From contig NCHJ01000002.1 in the NCBI GenBank assembly GCA_002256765.1, positions 225-64,224 of the forward strand: a stretch of DNA of 64,000 nucleotides, given 5' to 3'. Under the pieces are notes generated by a model that was not told the DNA's origin, ran no database searches, and saw only the letters and a program-made list of their open reading frames with translations. This stretch comes from Bacteroidetes bacterium 24-39-8. Its GTDB lineage: Bacteria; Bacteroidota; Bacteroidia; Chitinophagales; Chitinophagaceae. A program made the position numbers and the translations under genes. This document shows, in pieces, positions 39,839 to 49,113 of this stretch; position 1 is the stretch's first letter; every line of letters begins with the position of its first letter.

Positions 39839-41644
39839 ATGAAATCAATTAGTATAAAAAAGAAATTCTTTGTTGGGGCAATGGTCCTAGTTGGCCTAGG
39901 TATGGGTATCAGCTCTTGCAAAAAGGTTTTGGACAAACAGCCTGAAACTTTTTTGACTACTGGTCAAGTGTATCGAAACATTTTTGACGCAGACGCAGCC
40001 ATTATAGGTGTTTATGGAAAGTTCATGGGACTTGCCAAACAATATTTGGTGCTCAATGAATTGCGCGCAGACTTGATGCAGGTGACGGATAATGCTGATG
40101 CTTTTATGCGTGAGATTAACCAGCATACTGTAACGGCTAATAATCCTTATGCTGATCCAACTCCGTTTTATGCGGTAATCAATAGTTGTAATGACGTGTT
40201 GAAAAACCTGAAAATCATGTTGGCAGACAACAAGATTAAACAGGCCGAATATGACCAACGTTATTCTGATATTGGCGCACTCCGTTCTTGGATCTATTTA
40301 CAATTAGGGATTCACTGGGGAGATCAAGTACGTTATGTTACTAGTCCTTTAGAAACACTGGCTTCTGCCAAAGATGTGGCCAACTATCCCGTAGTAAGTT
40401 TTGACCAATTGTTAGACAGCTTGGTGAATTTTACTAGTACGCTACCACATACCAGACCTTATCCAATGGGTGCTACTATTAATACTGGTTTGGTAACCAA
40501 TGTGGATGGTTCAAATACCCGTAGGTTCTTCATTGACAAATTTGCCCTGCTGGGCGATTTGAATTTGTGGAAAGGCAATTATAACAAAGCGGCTACTTAC
40601 TATAGAAGCATCATGGAACCCGTCTTGAACGGTTATGATGTTGACAATGCGAATGGTCTTTACACAATTGGCGGTGATCAATACTACCAACAATCAAGAC
40701 AGGCGTTTGCTTCAGTTGCCGATAATAGAGATTTGTGTGTGGGTTATATTCGTTTTAAAGAATCAGATCAGGGCTCATTGATTGATAACAATACGCAAGG
40801 ATGGCGCTCCATGTTTGCTCGTGGTCAAGACAATCTTTGGATGCAGCAATGGTTATGGGTATTGCCTTTTAACAGCAATTTTGCTCCAGAAAATCCTTTT
40901 GTGAATATGTTCTCAAACTCTGGCGGATCATATTTACTGAAACCATCTCAAGAAGCCATGGACAAATGGAATGGACAGAGACAGACTAATGGATTTCCTT
41001 TTGATGCACGCGGCAACTTTACATGGAGAACTCTGAACGGTCAACCTGTGATTGTGAAATACCTCTATAATTATTTAGACGCTAGTAGCTTTATCCCAAG
41101 CAATCCTTTACAAAAACCAGGACAATGGTTCTTAAACAGGGTATCTAATGTGCACTTGCATTTTGCAGAAGCAGCTAATAGAGATGGTCAAAGAAAATTG
41201 GCAGCGGCTTTGTTAAACCAAGGTATCAGCACCACATTTGATCCAACACCTGGTGTTACAGGTAGAGACGTTACCAATATCATGAATACTTTGAGTGAAC
41301 CTTACCCTTATAATTTTGATGCAAGGAATGGTGAAACACCAAGGTATCGTGGAGACTGGCATAGAAATGCTGGAATCCGTGGTTGCGCAAGGGTAATTCC
41401 TGCAGCCATTGTTGGGGATAGTACCCTTTCAATTGAAAGTAACTTACTCAATGAAGGAGCTTTGGAACTGGCTTATGAAGGTCACCGTTGGTCTGATCTA
41501 GTTCGTATCTCTATCAGGAGAAATGACCCTGCTATTTTAGCCAATGCGGTTTTCAATAAATTAAGTAAAGACGGCAATCCAGGAGCAGCAGCAGCAAGAA
41601 CAAAATTGTTGGATAGAAAAAACTGGTACCTGCCTTTTAAATAA
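39839..41644 (+). CDS. susD: SusD/RagB lipoprotein 2
   Basis: SSC lipobox, ELRADL, YAVINSCN, ELAYEGHRWSDL, WYLP. Confidence 0.9.
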   Translation: MKSISIKKKFFVGAMVLVGLGMGISSCKKVLDKQPETFLTTGQVYRNIFDADAAIIGVYGKFMGLAKQYLVLNELRADLMQVTDNADAFMREINQHTVTANNPYADPTPFYAVINSCNDVLKNLKIMLADNKIKQAEYDQRYSDIGALRSWIYLQLGIHWGDQVRYVTSPLETLASAKDVANYPVVSFDQLLDSLVNFTSTLPHTRPYPMGATINTGLVTNVDGSNTRRFFIDKFALLGDLNLWKGNYNKAATYYRSIMEPVLNGYDVDNANGLYTIGGDQYYQQSRQAFASVADNRDLCVGYIRFKESDQGSLIDNNTQGWRSMFARGQDNLWMQQWLWVLPFNSNFAPENPFVNMFSNSGGSYLLKPSQEAMDKWNGQRQTNGFPFDARGNFTWRTLNGQPVIVKYLYNYLDASSFIPSNPLQKPGQWFLNRVSNVHLHFAEAANRDGQRKLAAALLNQGISTTFDPTPGVTGRDVTNIMNTLSEPYPYNFDARNGETPRYRGDWHRNAGIRGCARVIPAAIVGDSTLSIESNLLNEGALELAYEGHRWSDLVRISIRRNDPAILANAVFNKLSKDGNPGAAAARTKLLDRKNWYLPFK

Positions 41645-41669
41645 TTCTACAAGCAAGCGTAGGGTATTC

Positions 41670-41705
41670 AAATAAAGGCGATCTTAGGATTGCCTTTATT
41701 TTTTA
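41670..41705 (+). terminator. Terminator after the SusC/SusD locus
   Basis: AATAAAGGCGATC-TTAG-GATTGCCTTTATT followed by a T run. Confidence 0.7.
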
Positions 41706-41716
41706 AACAACAACAC

Positions 41717-43870
41717 ATGAAAAAGCAGCAAAAGATTCTTGCTATCATTAGCTTCAGTTTCTTATTGATGGCATTTACCGCTCTAAAAGACGATAGACCT
41801 ACGCTCTATATTATTGGTGATAGTACCGTGCGCAATAGCATGAGCAATGGCCAGTGGGGATGGGGAACTTTGATCAGTGAGTTTTTGGATAGTAGCAAAA
41901 TTGCGGTGAGCAATCAGGCCATGGCTGGAAGAAGCACACGCACTTTTATCAAAGAAAAGCGTTGGGACAAAATTCTAGCTACTTTGAAAAAAGGAGATTA
42001 CGTAATCATGCAGTTTGGGCATAACGAAGGTTCTAAACCGGATACATCCAAAGCGGGATATCGTGGGGTATTAAAGGGGGTTACAGAAGATTCTGTTTCC
42101 TTAACCTGGCCCGATGGTAGTATTGAAGTAGTGCATAGTTATGGTTGGTATTTGAAGAAATTTATCAAAGAAGCAAAAGCAAAAGGAGCCATACCCATTG
42201 TTTGTTCCATGATTCCTAGAAATGAATTTAGAGAAGGCAAAGTTATGCGTAGCGATAAGGATTATGGCAAATGGGCCAAGGAAGCAGCAGAACAAGCAGG
42301 CGCTTATTTTATAGACCTCAATAGTATTACAGCAGATAAATATGACGCCTTGGGCGATGTAGCCGTTAAGCAATTTTTTCCAGGAGACCATACCCATACC
42401 AATGAAGCGGGTGCAAGGGTGAATGCCCAATCTGTGATCAGCGGACTCCGCGCACAACCCAATTGTCCTTTGTACAATTTTATCCAATTCAATATTCCCG
42501 TAGCTTTTTCAAGCAATATGATTTTGCAGCGTGAAAAACCCGTGGTGATTTGGGGATCCGCCCCCGCTGCAAAATCAGTCACCGTATCTTTTGCCAACCA
42601 ACGCAAAACCGTGCAAGCGGATAACACTGGTGCATGGAAGCTTTTCTTGGATCCCATGAAAGCGTCTACTACCAATAGAAACCTGACCATATATGCAGAG
42701 AACAAAGACAGTATAGTACTTAAGAATATTTTGGTGGGTGATGTTTGGCTCTGTTCCGGTCAGTCCAATATGGAATATACCTATGACCGAAAAATCAAAA
42801 GATACGCCTTACCCAAAAGAGGAGAAGATTTTCAAGAGTTAGAAAAAGCTAATAACAATAAGTCAAAAAATATTCGCTATCTCTATGTAGAAAGACTTAA
42901 TACCAGACAACCATATCTTCCATCCGTTGGATGGGTAGACGCCAGTGATACGGTCTTGAAATATGTATCTGCCATTGGCTATTTTTTTGCCAAAGAGGTT
43001 GAAGCTTCTACCAGCGTTCCCATTGGCATTATCAGCAGCTCTTGGGGCGGCACAAGAATTGAACCTTGGATTCCAGACTGGGCTTATCAAAATTCTCCCA
43101 CATTAAAAGACTCAGTTACCGGTCCTAATTTTAAAGTAGACGGTGTGCATCCTGGACAAATGTTTAATAGCATGATCAAACCCATGTTGCCCAGCACCAT
43201 CAAAGGAATGCTCTGGTATCAAGGAGAATCCGATTTGAATATTCATGACCACGCTACTTATCCGGCCAAATTTGAATTATTGGTCAATACCTATAGAGAC
43301 TTGTATGTAGACCAAAAAATGCCTGTCTACTATGTACAATTAGCCCCGCATTTGTATAGCAAGCGCAAAGATCCATTGCCACATGATGTGTACAAGCTTC
43401 CTGAATTTTGGGAAGCACAATCAGCCTCTTTGAACCTTCCTAAAGTTGGCATGGTAGTAACCACAGACTTGGTAGATAACCTTGGCGATATTCATCCACC
43501 TTATAAATGGGTAGTGGGTCACAGACTTGCATTGCAGGCCTTGGCCAAGGATTATGGATTTAAGAAAACCGTGTTTAGTGGACCAGCTTATCAATCCATG
43601 CGCATCAAGGAAGATAAAATTTTATTGAGTTTCAAATCAGATGCTGGTCTAAAAACCACAGATGGAAAAGCACCAAATTGGTTTAGTCTGGCTGGCGCCG
43701 ATGGCGTTTTTGTAGAAGCCAATGCAAGCATTGAAGGAAAGAAAATTGTCTTGCAAGCTGCAACTGTAAAACAACCTACACAGGTTAGATTCGGTTGGCA
43801 TGAAACAGCCCAACCCAATTTGGTCAATGAAGCTGGTTTGCCTGCGCTTCCTTTTAGAACAGGAAATTAG
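41717..43870 (+). CDS. Fusion of a CE12-like rhamnogalacturonan acetylesterase and a sialate O-acetylesterase (SASA) domain
   Basis: N-terminal domain: IGDST, AGRS, QFGHNE, DHTH. C-terminal domain: GDVWLCSGQSNM, WGGT, WYQGES, DIHP, LPALPFRT. Likely ATG at 41717. Confidence 0.88.
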   Translation: MKKQQKILAIISFSFLLMAFTALKDDRPTLYIIGDSTVRNSMSNGQWGWGTLISEFLDSSKIAVSNQAMAGRSTRTFIKEKRWDKILATLKKGDYVIMQFGHNEGSKPDTSKAGYRGVLKGVTEDSVSLTWPDGSIEVVHSYGWYLKKFIKEAKAKGAIPIVCSMIPRNEFREGKVMRSDKDYGKWAKEAAEQAGAYFIDLNSITADKYDALGDVAVKQFFPGDHTHTNEAGARVNAQSVISGLRAQPNCPLYNFIQFNIPVAFSSNMILQREKPVVIWGSAPAAKSVTVSFANQRKTVQADNTGAWKLFLDPMKASTTNRNLTIYAENKDSIVLKNILVGDVWLCSGQSNMEYTYDRKIKRYALPKRGEDFQELEKANNNKSKNIRYLYVERLNTRQPYLPSVGWVDASDTVLKYVSAIGYFFAKEVEASTSVPIGIISSSWGGTRIEPWIPDWAYQNSPTLKDSVTGPNFKVDGVHPGQMFNSMIKPMLPSTIKGMLWYQGESDLNIHDHATYPAKFELLVNTYRDLYVDQKMPVYYVQLAPHLYSKRKDPLPHDVYKLPEFWEAQSASLNLPKVGMVVTTDLVDNLGDIHPPYKWVVGHRLALQALAKDYGFKKTVFSGPAYQSMRIKEDKILLSFKSDAGLKTTDGKAPNWFSLAGADGVFVEANASIEGKKIVLQAATVKQPTQVRFGWHETAQPNLVNEAGLPALPFRTGN

Positions 43871-43898
43871 GGTTAACTTAGCTGTCCAATATAGCTAG

Positions 43899-45938
43899 AT
43901 GCCTTTTAACCTGCACGCACCATATCAACCAGCTGGAGACCAGCCCTCTGCCATAAAGCAGTTGACAGATAATGTTAATGATGGAGAGCAGTTTCAAACA
44001 TTGTTGGGCGTAACAGGTAGTGGTAAAACGTTTACCATTGCCAACCTCATTCAAAATACGCAGCGCCCAACCTTGGTGCTCACGCATAACAAGACCTTGG
44101 TGGCACAGCTCTATGGAGAGTTCAAACAATTCTTCCCGGACAATGCCGTGGGTTATTTTGTAAGCTATTATGATTACTATCAGCCCGAGGCTTATATGCC
44201 CGTGCGCGATGTCTATATTGAAAAAGACCTAAGCATCAATGAAGAACTAGACAAGCTGCGCTTGCAAGCCACATCACAATTACTAAGTGGAAGAAGGGAT
44301 ATTATTGTGGTGGCCAGCGTGAGTTGTATCTATGGTATGGGTAATCCTACGGAATACGAGAACGGGATTATTCGCATCCACAAGGGGCAAGTGATTTCTA
44401 GACAGGGATTCTTGCACGCGCTAGTGAATGCTTTGTATAATCGCTCACAAGGTGAGTTTGGTAGAGGAACATTCCGAGTTAAAGGAGACACCGTAGATAT
44501 TAACCTACCCTATGTAGACTTTGGATATAGGGTTACTTTTTTTGGAGACGAGATTGAAGAAATAGAAAGTATTGATACGGCCAATAGCAAACGCATTGGT
44601 GTCATGGACACGGCTGCTATCTTTCCTGCAACGCTGTATCTGGCGCCAAAGGAAATGATCTTGCAAGTGATGCACGAGATCCAAGACGAGATGATGGCCC
44701 AGGTGGAATATTTTAAAAGTACGGGTAAGTTTATAGAAGCGCAAAGACTCAAAGAGCGCGTGGAATATGATATTGAAATGATTCGTGAATTGGGTTATTG
44801 CAATGGCATTGAAAACTATTCCCGTTTTTTTGATCGGCGTAAGCCAGGCACCAGACCCTTCTGTTTGTTGGATTATTTTCCAAAAGACTTTTTGTTGGTA
44901 GTAGATGAGAGTCATCAGACCATTCCGCAAGTGGCGGGTATGTATGGTGGTGATAGAAGTAGAAAATTGGTGCTGGTGGAATATGGGTTTAGACTACCAT
45001 CGGCCATGGATAATAGACCCCTGAACTTCAACGAGTTTGAAGCACTCACGGGACAAACCATTTTTGTAAGCGCCACGCCAGGGGATTATGAATTGGAAAA
45101 AACAGGTGGTGTGGTAGTGGAACAAGTGGTAAGACCAACAGGTCTCTTAGATCCCCCCATACAAATTAGACCAAGTGCCAATCAGATTGATGATTTGTTG
45201 GATGAGATTGATAAGACGGTGAAAAAAGGGGATCGAATTTTGGTGACCACGCTCACCAAACGCATGGCGGAAGAAATGGACAAATACCTGGCCCGGATTA
45301 ATATCAAATCAAAATACATTCATAGTGATGTAGATACTTTGGAGCGCGTAGAAATCTTAAGACAATTGCGCTTGGGTGAGATTGATGTACTGGTGGGTGT
45401 GAACTTATTAAGAGAAGGATTGGATTTGCCAGAAGTTTCTCTGGTTGCTATTTTAGACGCAGACAAAGAAGGATTCTTGCGTAATGAAAAATCACTCACA
45501 CAAACCGCTGGCCGCGCCGCGCGTAATGTGGATGGCTTTGTCATTTTCTATGCAGACAAGATGACGGAGTCTATGCAAAGAACCATTGACGAGACCAATC
45601 GCCGCCGCGAAAAACAAATAGCCCACAACCTGGCCAATGGCATTACACCAACAACTATTATCAAGAGTAGGGAACAGGTTTTTGCACAAGGTTCTGTATT
45701 AGACATTAAGGGTTATGATCCGTCTAATCCTTATGCTTTACAAGAAGACGCGCCTCTGGTTCCATCCAAAGCAGCAGACGAGCAAGAGACTTATCAAACC
45801 ATTCCACAATTGGAAAAAGCCATTAAGCAAACCAAGAAAGAAATGGAAAAAGCCGCGCGTGATTTGGACTTTATTGAAGCGGCCAGATTGCGTGACCAAA
45901 TGTTTAGCTTACAAAAGGACTTGGAGCAAATGAAATAG
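43899..45938 (+). CDS. uvrB: Excinuclease ABC subunit B
   Basis: GDQP, GVTGSGKT, YYDYYQPEAY, DESH, QTAGRAAR, and a C-terminal UVR domain. Confidence 0.98.
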   Translation: MPFNLHAPYQPAGDQPSAIKQLTDNVNDGEQFQTLLGVTGSGKTFTIANLIQNTQRPTLVLTHNKTLVAQLYGEFKQFFPDNAVGYFVSYYDYYQPEAYMPVRDVYIEKDLSINEELDKLRLQATSQLLSGRRDIIVVASVSCIYGMGNPTEYENGIIRIHKGQVISRQGFLHALVNALYNRSQGEFGRGTFRVKGDTVDINLPYVDFGYRVTFFGDEIEEIESIDTANSKRIGVMDTAAIFPATLYLAPKEMILQVMHEIQDEMMAQVEYFKSTGKFIEAQRLKERVEYDIEMIRELGYCNGIENYSRFFDRRKPGTRPFCLLDYFPKDFLLVVDESHQTIPQVAGMYGGDRSRKLVLVEYGFRLPSAMDNRPLNFNEFEALTGQTIFVSATPGDYELEKTGGVVVEQVVRPTGLLDPPIQIRPSANQIDDLLDEIDKTVKKGDRILVTTLTKRMAEEMDKYLARINIKSKYIHSDVDTLERVEILRQLRLGEIDVLVGVNLLREGLDLPEVSLVAILDADKEGFLRNEKSLTQTAGRAARNVDGFVIFYADKMTESMQRTIDETNRRREKQIAHNLANGITPTTIIKSREQVFAQGSVLDIKGYDPSNPYALQEDAPLVPSKAADEQETYQTIPQLEKAIKQTKKEMEKAARDLDFIEAARLRDQMFSLQKDLEQMK

Positions 45939-45961
45939 GCGCTACCAATGCAGCGCCTATT
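45934..45961. terminator. Hairpin between convergent genes (probable terminator)
   Basis: AATAGGCGCT-N8-AGCGCCTATT. Confidence 0.55.
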
Positions 45962-45983
45962 CTACAAAAATCTATAACAGTAT

Positions 45984-48900
45984 TTAATACTTACTCAACT
46001 TAGCCAGTAAGGCCTTGGTTTTTGTTTCCAAAGATTTCAGTTGTTCTTGCACTTGTTTTACAGCAGCTGCAGTTTGTGTGGTGGGTGTCATTTCAGTATC
46101 ATGAAAAACGCCAAACAATCCTGCAAATCCAGATTCTACACTAGTAGTTGTTGGAGATGCCTGAGCACCACCGCCTCTTCTACTTGCTCTGCCCGAACCT
46201 TCCATGGTGGCCAGTTCTTGGTCAATGGCATTCAAACTGTCTTTATTAGCAACAGTAGTTTTTGTTTTAATACTGGCCCTTGCGGCAGTAATGCTTTCTC
46301 CCAGCTTGCGCGATGTTAATCTTCCTTCATAACAGGCCAATGACAAAGCGTGTTGTTGTTGCAAATCAGCAGCGCTAGCTTTTACACGAGGGTCTAGTTT
46401 TACGGTAAGGGTTTGTGTTTCTGTTTTACCATCAACGGTTAGTTTTACTGTGTAAACTCCTGGTAATACCCAAGGTGAGTTGGCCACTTTAGGCGTGTTC
46501 TGATAAACAGCTGTCATTGGAAATTCTGCTGGATCCTCAATGGGTGTATAGTGCATGTCCCAAAGAAAACGATGCGCACCTGCTGCAGCACTCAAGATCT
46601 GTTGCGGACGAATCCAGTACAAAGGAATATTTACATCTGGTATAGCATAGGGTTTGTCCTTGCTGCTATACTTGCGAATGGATCTTCCTGATGCATCCAA
46701 GATTTCCATACTTACTTCATTGGCTGTTTGAGACAGATGATAGTTAATGATGGCACCATCAGGTGGGTTCTCTCCACCGGGTTCTTCTTGAGGAATAGGC
46801 GTATCGGTATTCATATTCCAACGAACACGAATGGCTTGTTGGGGTTTGTACAAAACAGTTTTTGCATCCAAGGTTTTTGTGGTCAATTGTCGCAAGGGTG
46901 TAATATCATCCAAGATCCAAAATCCTCTTCCATGCGTACCCAAAACTAAATCATCGTCTTTGATGACTAAGTCACGAATAGAAGTTGCAGGCATGTTCAA
47001 ACGCAAAGACTGCCAGTGTTCTCCATCGTCAAAAGACACATATACCGCGTTTTCAGAACCAGCAAACAAGAGTCCTTTTCTAATAGGATCTTCGCGCACA
47101 ACGTTGATGGGTTCATTATTGGGTAAACCATTGGTGATTTTTTTCCAGGTCTTTCCACCGTCAGTGGTTTTATAGGCATAGGGTTGCATATCGTCACAAC
47201 GAATCCTATTCACCGCAGCATAGACTGTGTTTACATCAAAATGACTGGCGTCCATTAAAGAGACTTTGCTCCAAGAAGTGATTTCTGGAGGTGTCACGTT
47301 TTTCCAATTCTTGCCTCCATCACGGGTTACATGAATATAGCCGTCATCGGTTCCGGCCCAAATGGTATTGATGTCTTTATAAGAAGGCGCCACGGTATAG
47401 ATGACCCCACGTCTAGGCATTTTTTTCATGTCTTCAGAAGTATATACCCCAACACTGGCTGGTATATCCCATGACTCACGAGAAAGATCTGGACTAATGG
47501 TTTGCCAACTATTGCCACCGTTGGTGGTTTTGAACAAGACATTTCCAGCAAAGTATAAGGTCTTGGGATCAATAGGTGAAAACAACACCGGTGCTGTTCT
47601 TACCCAACGGTATTTACCAGAACGAATACCTTCTGGTCCAATATTTTGCAACTGTCCCGTGCGTTTGTCAAACTTGGTAATCTTACCACCATAAATAATA
47701 TTGGGGTCCAATGGGTCTGGTGCTACATAACCATATTCTTCCACGCCAACTGGATGCCATTCACGCAATCCTATCTGGCCATCGTTTCCTCTTGAAGAAA
47801 TACCTACTGATCCACTTTCTTGTTGACCACCATAAACATTATAAGGAAAACTATTGTCGGTAATCACGTGGTAGAACTGTGCGGTGGGTTGGTTGTACCA
47901 GGAAGAAAAACTTTCTCCTCCATTCACTGTTACAATACCCCCTTGGTCACAAGCAATCAGCATGATTTTGGGATTATTGGGGTTGATCCAAATCCGGTGG
48001 TAGTCATCGCCCCCCGGGGCACCCCTAAATCCGGTCCAGGTTTTTGCACCATCCACTGATTTCCAGGTAACCACATTGGCACTATAGACAATATCTGCAT
48101 TGGTGGGGTCTATTTTTACTTCTGCAAAATCACTACCCCTTCCCCAATAACGGCCGTCTGCGCTCATGAGCTGCCAAGACTCTCCCGCGTCATCACTTCT
48201 GTAAATGCCGCCATAATTTCCAGCATCCACTGTGGCGTATAAACGATTGCTATTGGTGGGTGCAATGCCAAATCCAATCCTACCCAATCCCTGTTCGGTA
48301 GTAGGTAAACCCTTGGTCAGTTTTTTCCAGGTATTGCCGCCATCAATTGATTTGAACATACCGCTTTCGGGTCCATTCCACTGTCCGTTTTCCCAAGGAC
48401 CCTGTCTGCCGGCCCAGAGGTCAGCATATAAAATATTGGCATTATTGGGGTCAAAATTTACCTGAACCGCTCCTGTGTTTTCATCCTTATATAAAACACG
48501 CTCCCAGGTTTTGCCACCATTCAAACTGCGATAAACGCCTCGCTCAGTATTGGGTCCATAAGGGTGGCCCAACACAGCAACAAAAATGCGGTTCTCGTCC
48601 TTGGGGTCAATGATAATATCGCCAATCTGTTGACCATCGTTCAAACCCATATTGTTCCAGGTCTTTCCGCCATCGGTTGATTTGTAGACACCATCACCCA
48701 CAGAGAGATCGGGTCTTTGTATGCCTTCTCCGCATCCCACATAGATCACATTGGGATTGGATTCTGACACAGCAATATCGCCCACGGAACCCGTACGCAT
48801 TTGGTCAAAAATGGGTTTCCAGGTACGGCCATAGTCGTTTGACTTCCATACCCCACCATTGTTCACCCCAATGTAAAATACAGAGGGTTGGCTTGGTACA

Positions 48901-49067
48901 CCCACGGCGCCAACGGTTCGGCCCCCACGGTGTGGTCCAATCATTCGGTACTTCATGCCTGATAAATAGGCATCAGAAAACGGTTGTGCAAACAATTGCC
49001 AACTACAACATAGGGCAATAGCCAATAGACCTATGATACGGCTATTGCGTGGTTTTGGTTGAATCAT
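45984..49067 (-). CDS. Secreted VPS10/sortilin-like BNR-repeat beta-propeller protein (glycosyl-hydrolase-like)
   Basis: Signal peptide, about 11 Asp-box repeats (SxDGGxTW), GGDDYH, THGRGFWILDD. Confidence 0.85.
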   Translation of the reverse strand: MIQPKPRNSRIIGLLAIALCCSWQLFAQPFSDAYLSGMKYRMIGPHRGGRTVGAVGVPSQPSVFYIGVNNGGVWKSNDYGRTWKPIFDQMRTGSVGDIAVSESNPNVIYVGCGEGIQRPDLSVGDGVYKSTDGGKTWNNMGLNDGQQIGDIIIDPKDENRIFVAVLGHPYGPNTERGVYRSLNGGKTWERVLYKDENTGAVQVNFDPNNANILYADLWAGRQGPWENGQWNGPESGMFKSIDGGNTWKKLTKGLPTTEQGLGRIGFGIAPTNSNRLYATVDAGNYGGIYRSDDAGESWQLMSADGRYWGRGSDFAEVKIDPTNADIVYSANVVTWKSVDGAKTWTGFRGAPGGDDYHRIWINPNNPKIMLIACDQGGIVTVNGGESFSSWYNQPTAQFYHVITDNSFPYNVYGGQQESGSVGISSRGNDGQIGLREWHPVGVEEYGYVAPDPLDPNIIYGGKITKFDKRTGQLQNIGPEGIRSGKYRWVRTAPVLFSPIDPKTLYFAGNVLFKTTNGGNSWQTISPDLSRESWDIPASVGVYTSEDMKKMPRRGVIYTVAPSYKDINTIWAGTDDGYIHVTRDGGKNWKNVTPPEITSWSKVSLMDASHFDVNTVYAAVNRIRCDDMQPYAYKTTDGGKTWKKITNGLPNNEPINVVREDPIRKGLLFAGSENAVYVSFDDGEHWQSLRLNMPATSIRDLVIKDDDLVLGTHGRGFWILDDITPLRQLTTKTLDAKTVLYKPQQAIRVRWNMNTDTPIPQEEPGGENPPDGAIINYHLSQTANEVSMEILDASGRSIRKYSSKDKPYAIPDVNIPLYWIRPQQILSAAAGAHRFLWDMHYTPIEDPAEFPMTAVYQNTPKVANSPWVLPGVYTVKLTVDGKTETQTLTVKLDPRVKASAADLQQQHALSLACYEGRLTSRKLGESITAARASIKTKTTVANKDSLNAIDQELATMEGSGRASRRGGGAQASPTTTSVESGFAGLFGVFHDTEMTPTTQTAAAVKQVQEQLKSLETKTKALLAKLSKY

Positions 49068-49113
49068 CTTGAAAGGATAAATTAAGTGATACCCCCAAGA
49101 TACAAAACCTGCG

